The notes beneath the pieces were generated by a model. The model saw only the letters and a list, made by a program, of their open reading frames with translations, did not search any database and was not told where the DNA came from. 11,511 nucleotides of DNA from Octopus sinensis (lineage: Eukaryota). Location of the stretch: positions 1 to 11,511 of the forward strand of contig NW_021827196.1 of the NCBI RefSeq assembly GCF_006345805.1. Direction: 5' to 3'. Made by a program: the position numbers and the translations under genes. Shown here piece after piece: positions 1 to 8,215 of the stretch (within the stretch, counting starts at the first letter, position 1; every line of letters begins with the position of its first letter).

Positions 1-178
1 ATATAATATAATAATCATGTAAGTTTATTTATTATATATGCGTTATATATGTGTATACACACACACACACACACATACAACACACATATATAAATATATA
101 CCTGGTCTGCACACACATACACATAAATATTTATATATGTATATTAATATACACACACATATATATATAGAAATATAG

Positions 179-238
<60 letters not shown>

Positions 239-271
239 TATATATATTATATATACATACATACATATATA

Positions 272-327
<56 letters not shown>

Positions 328-756
328 CCATGTAATTTGTCGAAATTTGGAGGCTAATAGAAAACAAATGCTAGATGTGGACAGTAGAGTGTTACAATTT
401 CCTCCGTAACACCTCCCCCTACTTAAACTTCATCTCCTCCTCCTCTCCCCAACCTCTCATTTTCACGTTTTCTTCGTCTCGCTTTTCTAACGTAACAAAC
501 GACGAAAGGGAAAAAAAAAATTAAAAATAAATAAATAAACGAGATACAAAACAAAAAAACAAAAGCAAACGAAGAATCAAAAAACAATCAGAAACTGCGT
601 TATCTTTGAAGCGTAAAGACGGTGATTGGGCACAGATCAATCATTACGCTTCATCGATCTGCGAAAGGATGTCAGAGTGAGATCGTCAGCTTAATAGAAT
701 GTGGACCACGACTGATAAATAAATACAAGTTCTATAAGATTCTACTACTACTACTA

Positions 757-834
<78 letters not shown>

Positions 835-872
835 TACTACTACTACTACTACTACTACTACTGCTACTATAG
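1..872 (+). repeat. Copy 1 of a near-identical direct duplication (copy 2 at 7397-8256); left end cut by the window edge
   Basis: Unique core 326-742 matches 7702-8120 with about eight single-base indels and no substitutions I could find. The flanking (TA)n/(CA)n and (TAC)n/(CTG)n tracts are also shared. Homology ends at ...CTGCTACTATAG (872/8256). Confidence 0.95.
742..870 (+). repeat. Compound trinucleotide microsatellite (TAC)n-(CTG)n-(TAC)n
   Basis: Directly visible. It produces the poly-Leu/poly-Tyr of the spurious ORF 622..966. Confidence 0.97.
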
Positions 873-1100
873 AGTAAATTTTTTTTATTTAATTCTCCTC
901 TTTATCATCGTCTTATATCTTTCTCGTCGATATTTATGTATGATCGTACAAGAAGACAACGAGTAAAACAACTGCGCAGGCGCACGCACATACTATAGTA
1001 GTTAAGTCTATAGTTAGTATGTAGCTGCGGCACGATGGAGGGGATCATCATAACGAGGTTTTGTCATTGTAGCAATACTAATAAGCCATCATATGATAGT

Positions 1101-1130
1101 TGATGACAATGATGATGATGATGATATATG

Positions 1131-1221
<91 letters not shown>

Positions 1222-1233
1222 GAGTGTGTGTGT
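1101..1233 (+). repeat. Compound microsatellite (GAT)n-(TA)n-(TG)n
   Basis: Directly visible. Confidence 0.97.
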
Positions 1234-1241
1234 ATCAGACT

Positions 1242-1306
1242 TTGGCTGATGAGAAATCAGGCACCTATTTGACGCTAAATTTCGAAATCGGTACCAGATT
1301 GACCAG
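1242..1306 (+). ncRNA. Degenerate type I hammerhead-ribozyme-like motif
   Basis: CTGATGA at 1246-1252; stem II GAAAT (1253-1257)/ATTTC (1279-1283); GAAA at 1284-1287; near-palindromic stem III ATCGGTACC(A)GAT; stem I TTGG/CCAG. Two extra nt (GA) lie between the cleavage triplet and stem I, so it is probably inactive. Confidence 0.5.
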
Positions 1307-1560
1307 CATTTACTTGTTCTAATCCATTTGAGGTAAGACATCATTATTGTTCACTGATATGTTTTCCTATCTTGTCTGTAATAGATTTGTGACTATTCGG
1401 TGGTACAGAAGTATTTTTTGACTTCTATCATTAGCGATACAGGTACTCATATAGTACCCTTGTGTACATATCTAATATTGTATGTATATATTTTATTAAT
1501 TTGCTGTACGGCTGATAATTCGCTTACCACTTGTGATGTTATTTTAACAATAAACATCCC

Positions 1561-1564
1561 TATA

Positions 1565-1637
<73 letters not shown>

Positions 1638-1720
1638 CTATATACATACATATATATATACACACACACATAATAAATAAATATTGGACACGTATGTATA
1701 CATATATATATATGTCTATA
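1561..1720 (+). repeat. (TA)n-rich microsatellite with (CA)n
   Basis: Directly visible. Confidence 0.95.
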
Positions 1721-2572
1721 CATATATAAATGAGCTTTTACATCTAGATACACACGCTTATATACATACACACTTACACTACACACACAAATCAACGGCA
1801 TTTCACATACTTAAACACCGAAGAATGTCAATGCCGTAACTAAACCCACAAGTGGGACACAAAACTAAATTTTTCAAAGTGATATGGCTGCGTCTCTCAC
1901 CTGTGCATGTCTGCTAGTGTTCAATCTCACATAACACTATTCCACTCCTCTTGCCTCAGCTTACCTGTATATAATTCAGGTAGGAGCTGATTTGGATCAA
2001 ATAATGTAATGGCTTTTACCTGTCTTGTTACCTATATCTCAATCTATCTAATCCATCGTCACTTGGTCTTTAAGTAATCAGATATAATTTGAAGTAGAAA
2101 CAAAAATCGATTATTTTTCTACGTACGAATCAACACCTGCCTTATCGATTTACGATGGAAATCAAAGGGGAAAGCGCAAACCTAGGAACCGTTCGACAGA
2201 AATTGGCAGCTAAACCCAGACACTTGCAAACAAAATATGAAAAATCAGTGGTTGATTTTTATCGCTTTTATACTCATAAAATATTGTTGCTCGAACAGAA
2301 GACAAATGAGAGAAAACTAAGTGCATCGCATGCACTCCTCTATACGTATGTATACACACACACACATTTGTATGTATGTATGTATTTCGACACTCTGAGA
2401 AATAGGAGGGAAGCAACTGTAATTATATTTAGAAACGGACCGATTAATAATTAAAGGTCATTTCAGACAGATTCAGCGAACTGTTATGTTCCTTATTTTG
2501 CTTCTTATGCTGAAGCTGAAATTAAATAATGGAGTAGGCATCTAATTTGAAATAGCGATGGTAGTTCTAAAA

Positions 2573-2640
2573 GTTATTATTATTGTTATTATTATTATTA
2601 TAAATATTATTATTATTATTATTATTATAATTATTATTAT
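2573..2640 (+). repeat. (TTA)n microsatellite
   Basis: Directly visible. Confidence 0.95.
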
Positions 2641-2832
2641 TGAGTGAGAGAGCAGTGCGTGCCATCAAAGTGACACTGGGGTAAAATATACGACTACCCG
2701 TTTGATAAGGGTACACCTGGCACATGCATCACGACCATATGTGCGCGACATGGTAGTCATGATGGGTATATTGGGCTTCGTATATTTTAACCCCAGTGTC
2801 ACTTTGATGGCATGACTGCTCTCTCTCACTCA
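2641..2832. mobile_element. Inverted-repeat element between (TTA)n on the left and (TAA)n on the right: either two retroelement 3' ends joined head-to-head or a MITE-like element
   Basis: The left arm 2641-2698 (TGAGTGAGAGAGCAGT...AAAATATAC-GACTACC) is the reverse complement of the right arm 2752-2832, except for a 21-nt segment missing from the left arm and a few mismatches. Spacer 2699-2751. Confidence 0.8.
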
Positions 2833-2838
2833 ATAATG

Positions 2839-2890
<52 letters not shown>

Positions 2891-2906
2891 TAATAATAAT
2901 AATAAT
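2833..2906 (+). repeat. (TAA)n microsatellite
   Basis: Directly visible. Confidence 0.95.
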
Positions 2907-3088
2907 TTTAAAACAAACTCATAATTTTCTTATGTTTTCTTAAACATTCTCTTGAACAATACTACGTGCAAAACCAAATATATGGCACCCTAGGCTTAAC
3001 CCCAGCATGAACGTCTAACTTGTTGTCTCTTGATGTCTCTGGGTGAGACTTGGAGCCAACTTGTACAAATATAAAGCAAAAGTCAAAC

Positions 3089-3130
<42 letters not shown>
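2907..3130 (+). mobile_element. Probable 5'-truncated non-LTR retrotransposon 3' UTR ending in a (TAA)n tail
   Basis: Unique segment 2907-3090 lies between two (TAA)n tracts and ends ...GCAAAAGTCAAACAT-(AAT)n. It resembles, from memory only, octopus LINE 3' ends. No coding evidence. Confidence 0.5.
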
Positions 3131-3131
<1 letters not shown>

Positions 3132-3165
3132 CCTTTCTACCATAGGCATAACGATAATAATGACA

Positions 3166-3317
3166 ACAATTATTCCAATCGTAATTGGTGCTATTGGCAC
3201 ACATCCCAATTACTTCCCAAATGACTGAAAGAAGTTGGAATTGAAACTCGCATGGCTGTAAAACTGCTTAAATTTACCATGCCATATTCTGCAAGAACCC
3301 GAGGGAAGATTCTGTAG
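3166..3317 (+). pseudogene. Decayed C-terminal fragment of an RLE-type (R4/Dong/NeSL-like) non-LTR retrotransposon ORF
   Basis: Reads TIIPIVIGAIGT, then after a frameshift LLPK*LKEVGIETRMA...YSARTRGKIL*. This resembles the 'IPIVIGALG...L..LGI....LQ......ARILRKVL' end typical of restriction-like-endonuclease LINE ORFs. One frameshift and one stop. Confidence 0.65.
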
Positions 3318-3384
3318 ATTTACGGAGCCTTCTCACAAAATATCAAAATAAAGTACCTGCTGACTAAATTAGCATGTACTAGCG

Positions 3385-3574
3385 TAATAATAACGGTTTC
3401 CAATTTTAGGACGGCGCCACAAGTTTTTGAGGGGAGGGGCGAAGCAGACGACGTCCCACAGAACTTGAATGACATTTGTTTATATGAAGGATGAATGTTA
3501 AATTCGAACTCGGAATGAAAAAGCGGGCGAAATGTGTCCAAGCATTTTGTAGATGCGCAAACGATTCTGCCAGC
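3385..3574 (-). mobile_element. Old, degenerate tRNA-derived SINE
   Basis: Minus-strand A-box-like TGGCAGAATCG (3562-3572), B-box-like GAGTTCGAATT (3501-3511), and a short (TTA)n tail at 3385-3393. The 3' end CCCCTCCCCTC...AAAATTGGAAACC resembles an octopus SINE family I recognise. Confidence 0.6.
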
Positions 3575-3600
3575 ATATTGCGTTTTGTGTGATTTTTTTC

Positions 3601-3675
3601 TAATTTTGGTAAAATGCCATCCAATTTAGAGGGGAGGTGGGAAAGTTGATACCATCAATTCCAATACTTCCCTGG
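3601..3675 (-). mobile_element. Degenerate 3' fragment of the same SINE family as 3385-3574
   Basis: TAATTTTGG...GCCA...TTTAGAGGGGAGG resembles CAATTTTAGG...GCCA...TTTTGAGGGGAGGGG at ~3401-3439. Confidence 0.45.
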
Positions 3676-3963
3676 AAAAATATTTTAACGAAATCGAACA
3701 GGCAAAATAGAAAAAAGAGAAAAAAAACGCGGAGTTGATGTCTTCAGGTTTGAAATGAAGACCCAAAATGAACACGAATAAAGACATGTACAGCCATTGA
3801 TGTGTGATTAAAATGTGCATATTGCGACAACATTGATCCGCGTTCGTCAAAGCAAAGGATGGGTACCACGTGAGAGTAACTTCAAGCAAGTTAATGAAGT
3901 TACTGACAGATAAATCAATTACCTAGGCAAAAGTCGTTTGAAGTTACGTGATAGCCGATCGGA

Positions 3964-4058
3964 TGTGTATTGTGTGTGTGTGTATGTGTGTGTATATTAT
4001 ATATATATATTTACAGTATATCTGTATATTTATATATACATTTATATATATGTATATG
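3964..4058 (+). repeat. (TG)n/(TA)n microsatellite
   Basis: Directly visible. Confidence 0.9.
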
Positions 4059-4060
4059 TT

Positions 4061-4270
4061 TATTCTTTTATCCTTTTACTTGTGTCAGTCATTTGTCTGC
4101 GGCCATGCTGGAGCCACGCCTTTAGTCGAACAAATCGACCCCAGGACTTATTCTTTGTAAGCCTAGTACTTATTCTATCGGTTTCTTTTGCCGAACCGCT
4201 AAGTTTCAGGGACGTAAACATACCAGCATCTGTAGTGAAGTGATGGCAGGGGGACAAACACAGACACACA
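4061..4270 (-). mobile_element. 3' half of an octopus-type tRNA-derived SINE (same family as 10228-10655)
   Basis: Its reverse complement aligns closely to 10440-10640 (GATGCTGGT.TGTTTACGTCCC...CTTAGCGGTTCGGCAAAAGA.ACCGATAGAATAA...GGGGTCGATTTG..CG.CTAAAGGCG...CTCCAGCATGGCC) and has an AAAAG.A-type tail. Confidence 0.9.
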
Positions 4271-4345
4271 TACACATATGTATACACATACATGCACGCA
4301 CGCGGCACACACACACACACATACACACACACACGCATATATATA

Positions 4346-4390
<45 letters not shown>
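4258..4390 (+). repeat. (CA)n/(TA)n microsatellite, left flank of the hammerhead array
   Basis: Directly visible. Confidence 0.92.
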
Positions 4391-4391
<1 letters not shown>

Positions 4392-4678
4392 ATTCATAAA
4401 TGAGGGCAAAGGAAAAAATTCTAATGCCAAATATGCCGAAAAATTGGACATATTGTCCATTAACCATATAATGTTTTCACAATACGCACGCTACTCGAAA
4501 AAAGGGTCGACAGAAATTTCTGAAAAATTCCATTATTACCATATCGGACCGATTTCAGAGTTAGCTACTAAGAGCCCTCTCTTCGTCAGTGATACATGTG
4601 GCAAAAGAAATACCTTTAACGGTTAAATTTATAAACAATTCATAAATGAGGGCAAAGGAAAAAAATTCTAATGCCAAA
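4391..4678 (-). repeat. Inverted, internally deleted copy of the 501-nt hammerhead repeat (246-nt period)
   Basis: 4391-4604 is the reverse complement of 4679-4892 (about 6 mismatches). AATTCATAAATGAGGGCAAAGG recurs at 4391 and 4637, giving a 246-nt period. Confidence 0.93.
4537..4594 (-). ncRNA. Minimal type I hammerhead ribozyme motif, copy A
   Basis: Minus strand: TATCA-CTGACGA-AGAG...CTCT-GAA-ATCGGTCCGAT-A-TGGTA. The predicted cleavage is after the A at 4542. Confidence 0.75.
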
Positions 4679-4688
4679 TTGCCACATG

Positions 4689-4746
4689 TATCACTGACGA
4701 AGAAAGGGCTCTTAGTAGCTAACTCTGAAATCGGTCCGATATGGTA
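4689..4746 (+). ncRNA. Minimal type I hammerhead ribozyme motif, copy B
   Basis: Stem I TATCA/TGGTA (one G-U); core CTGACGA 4694-4700; stem II AGA/TCT (the fourth pair is mismatched in this copy); GAAA 4727-4730; stem III ATCGG-T-CCGAT; triplet AUA, cleavage after 4741. Confidence 0.72.
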
Positions 4747-5190
4747 ATAATGGAATTTTTTAGAAATTTCTGTCGACCCTTTTTTCGAGTAGCGTGCGAA
4801 TTGTGAAAAAATTATATGGTTAATGGACAATATGTCCAATTTTTCGGCATATTTGGCATTAGAAATTTTTCCTTTGCCCTCATTTACGAATTGTTTATAA
4901 ATTTAACCGTTAAAGGTACTTTTTAATATGCTGGCCATTGATAAAAATTTTTTCGAGAAAATTTTTTTTTCGAAAAGAATTTTATTCTCACATTTGATAT
5001 AAATTTAAGCGTTCACTTCCGAACTAACTAACTCACTCTGTGAGAGCCTCAGTTCAAATCGCACGTGCCTCGAATGGGCTGGAGTATTTCTATCTTGGAT
5101 GTATTTGGGGTACTTAGTTTTGCCCATGACTTAGTATTTGCTTCTTCCATGGGTATGAGTAAGTATCTCATTTATTTCTTTTGGCACATG

Positions 5191-5248
5191 TATCACTGAC
5201 GAAGAGAGGGCTCTTAGCAGCTAACTCTGAAATCGGTCCGATATGGTA
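5191..5248 (+). ncRNA. Minimal type I hammerhead ribozyme motif, copy C
   Basis: Stem I TATCA/TGGTA; CTGACGA 5196-5202; stem II AGAG/CTCT; GAAA 5229-5232; stem III ATCGG-T-CCGAT; cleavage after A5243. Confidence 0.8.
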
Positions 5249-5691
5249 ATAATGGAATTTTTTAGAAATTTCTGTCGACCCTTTTTTCGAGTAGCGTGCA
5301 TATTGTGAAAAAATTATATGGTTAATGGACAATATGTCCAATTTTTCGGCATATTTGGCATTAGAAATTTTTTCCTTTGCCCTCATTTATGAATTGTTTA
5401 TAAATTTAACCGTTAAAGGTATTTTTTAATATGCTGGCCATTGATAAAACTTTTTCGAGAAAATATTTTTTTTCGAAAAGAATTTTATTCTCACATTTGA
5501 TATAAATTTAAGCGTTCACTTCCGAACTAACTAACTCACTCTGTGAGAGCCTCAGTTCAAATCGCACGTGCCTCGAATGGGCTGGAGTATTTCTATCTTG
5601 GATGTATTTGGGGTACTTATTTTGCCCATGACTTAGTATTTGCTTCTTCATGGGTATGAGTAAGTATCTCATTTATTTCTTTTGGCACATG

Positions 5692-5749
5692 TATCACTGA
5701 CGAAGAGAGGGCTCTTAGCAGCTAACTCTGAAATCGGTCCGATATGGTA
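5692..5749 (+). ncRNA. Minimal type I hammerhead ribozyme motif, copy D
   Basis: Same motif as copy C; CTGACGA 5697-5703; cleavage after A5744. Confidence 0.8.
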
Positions 5750-6014
5750 ATAATGGAATTTTTTAGAAATTTCTGTCGACCCTTTTTTCGAGTAGCTTGC
5801 ATATTGTGAAAAAATTATATGGTTATATGGACAATATGTCCAATTTTTCGTCGGCATATTGGTTGGCCTTATGTAATTTTCCTTTGCCCTCATTTATGAA
5901 TTGTTTATAAATTTAAACCGTTACAGGTCTTTTTTAATATGCTGGCCATTGATAAAACTTTTTTCGAGAATATTTTTTTTCGAAAAGAATTTTAATCCTC
6001 CATTTGATAGATCA

Positions 6015-6039
6015 ATATATATAATATATATATATATCT

Positions 6040-6073
<34 letters not shown>

Positions 6074-6228
6074 AAGACCGAGAGAGAGCGAGAGACATGT
6101 ATATATGTACATAAGTATGTGTATATTTATATATGTATATACGTTAGTATATATCAGTATACTTGTGTCTGTGTATATGTGCGAGTCACGTATATGTGTG
6201 CACACACGCACACACACATGTATACACA
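6015..6228 (+). repeat. (TA)n/(GA)n/(CA)n compound low-complexity tract
   Basis: Directly visible. Confidence 0.9.
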
Positions 6229-6230
6229 CT

Positions 6231-7115
6231 AGGCTGAGTTAAATATTTTTCGCACTTCAAGCTTTGATTAATAGTCCGAAGTAATCTCATAGGAAGTACA
6301 TTTATTTATCAATATATATCTCGTTTTATTTTGTTTACTGTTGCTAATCTCAATACAACTCTATTCCCATTGACTGGATCCGGTTCAAAAATCTTACTGC
6401 ATTCGTTTTCAACCTGACCCAAATTTTAGAATCTCCGTCTGTGTGGGAAAAATTTGTAATCTGATGGTGCAGGCCCTGTAGTGTCGGTAGGATGCGACAA
6501 CATTACCAGTTCCTCACGTTCCTCTTGTTTGTGATTGGTCACAGGGTTTGCGTGTGTGCTGGTGCATTATCACGCTGTAGGATTTTGTGTCTCCAATTGA
6601 CCAATACCGGGTGGTGAGATTTCAAAGCATCACACCCTCGCTGCAGTGTTTGAGCATAAAAGTTAGCACTCACACCGTAACCATTTGGGACACGCCCAAA
6701 GTTCAACTTCACCAGAATCTGATTTTGATACTGCGCTGAGTTCAGTTCCTCCATACCAACTCAAACTTTCGTATCTTTCGAAGTCGATAAAACAGAGATG
6801 GAGTCTAGAAGACTACATGTGAATTATTAACATGTTGGGTGGCATCCGTTCAGTTAGGTTTTCCAGCTGACTATTATCTGGCGACAACTGCTGCCATTGC
6901 ACTAGCACCTGAGCCGGGGTGTGTCCGCTTTACTTTTCTCCGGGACAATATCGACGGGCGTGGATAAGCATTTTATATAAGCATTTCCACAACAAATCTT
7001 GTCCAGTCATGCTCGCGAGTGAGAAACGTGATTGGTGGCGACATCAATTCTACCTTCGCTAGAATACTGACAAAAAGCAGACAGTACTATTATAATTGTA
7101 AAGAACTTTTCCCAC
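6231..7115 (-). mobile_element. Decayed, internally deleted mariner-family DNA transposon; the outer boundaries are approximate
   Basis: Minus-strand translation gives SANFYAQTLQRGCDALKSHHPVLVNWRHKILQRDNAPAHT (cf. mariner 'TINA.YY..QL..L..AL..KRP.L......L.HDNARPH') and, after a frameshift, LSHPTDTTGPAPSDYKFF (cf. 'LPHPPYSPDLAPSDYHLF'). The two Asp codons (6569-6571, 6459-6461) are 110 nt apart, versus 105 for DD34D. TIRs are only weakly recognisable. Confidence 0.75.
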
Positions 7116-7124
7116 TCTAAATTT

Positions 7125-7282
7125 TGACGTGTATGAGTATGTGTGTATGCATATATATGTGTAGGTGCCTGTTTGTATACCTATACATACACACATATTT
7201 CATATATATATATATATATGTATATATACAAACATACATATATATATATGTGTGTGTGTCTCTCTCTCACTCCCTCTTTCTG

Positions 7283-7314
<32 letters not shown>

Positions 7315-7581
7315 CGCTAAATGTGTAGGTATGAGTTCATGAAAAAGATGCTGAAACTATCATTGTGTATGTATATGTACATATGTATGTATATATATAT
7401 AATATAATAATCATGTAAGTTTATTTATTATATATGCGTTTATATATGTGTATACACACACACACACACACATACACACACACATATATAAATATATACC
7501 TGGTCTGCACACACATACACATAAATATTATATATGTATATATAATATACACACACATATATATATAGAAATATAGATATG

Positions 7582-7618
<37 letters not shown>

Positions 7619-7653
7619 TATATATACATACATACATATATATCTATATATAT

Positions 7654-7697
<44 letters not shown>

Positions 7698-7701
7698 GAT
7701 A
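7125..7701 (+). repeat. Long (TA)n/(TG)n/(CA)n low-complexity tract
   Basis: Directly visible. Confidence 0.92.
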
Positions 7702-8134
7702 TACCATGTAATTTGTCGAAATTTGGAGGCTAATAGAAAACAAATGCTAGATGTGGACAGTAGAGTGTTACAATTTCCTCCGTAACACCTCCCCCTACTT
7801 AACTTCATCTCCTCCTCCTCCTCCCCAACCTCTCATTTTCACGTTTTCTTCGTCTCGCTTTTCTAACGTTAACAAACGACGAAAAGGGAAAAAAAAAATT
7901 AAAAATAAATAAATAAACGAGATACAAAACAAAAAAACAAAAGCAAAACGAAGAATCAAAAACAATCAGAAACTGCGTTATCTTTGAAGCGTAAAGACGG
8001 TGATTGGGCACAGATCAATCATTACGCTTCATCGATCTGCGAAAGGATGTCAGAGTGAGATCGTCAGCTTAATAGAATTGTGACCACGACTGATAAATAA
8101 ATACAAGTTCTATAAGATTCTACTACTACTACTA

Positions 8135-8215
<81 letters not shown>

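Larger units (their letters stand above)
4679..6009 (+). mobile_element. Tandem array of ~501-502-nt units (about 2.65 copies), each with a hammerhead motif; Penelope pseudo-LTR or retrozyme-like non-autonomous element
   Basis: CACATGTATCACTGACGAAG recurs at 4683, 5185 and 5686. The units are nearly identical and the third is truncated at ...CATTTGATA (6009). No RT or transposase ORF. (TA)n flanks both sides of the 4391-6009 block. Confidence 0.85.

Noticed and set aside
649-659. Minus-strand GATCGATGAAG resembling 5.8S rRNA
   Set aside because: The match is only about 11 nt and the flanks do not match rRNA.
683-689. Minus-strand CTGACGA (also in the duplicate copy)
   Set aside because: A short stem follows, but there is no GAAA, stem III or stem I, so it is not a hammerhead.
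622-966. 114-aa ORF with poly-Leu/poly-Tyr
   Set aside because: The homopolymer runs are translations of the (TAC)n/(CTG)n microsatellite, and the second copy of the region does not keep the frame.
989-1022. Imperfect hairpin CATACTATAG...CTATAGTTAGTATG
   Set aside because: The stem is short and AT-rich and is explained by two self-complementary CTATAG words.
2155-2454. 99-aa ORF MEIKGESANLG...
   Set aside because: It runs through a (TA)/(CA)/(TATG) tract, shows no domain similarity and has no convincing splice context.
4444-5893. Recurring 60-92 aa ORFs (MDILSINH..., MRAKEKIS...)
   Set aside because: They recur only because the 501-nt unit is repeated. They lie antisense to the ribozyme, are broken by indels between copies and resemble no known family.
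4679-6009. Possible CRISPR-like array
   Set aside because: The units are ~501-nt whole tandem duplicates without unique spacers, the DNA is eukaryotic and there are no cas genes.
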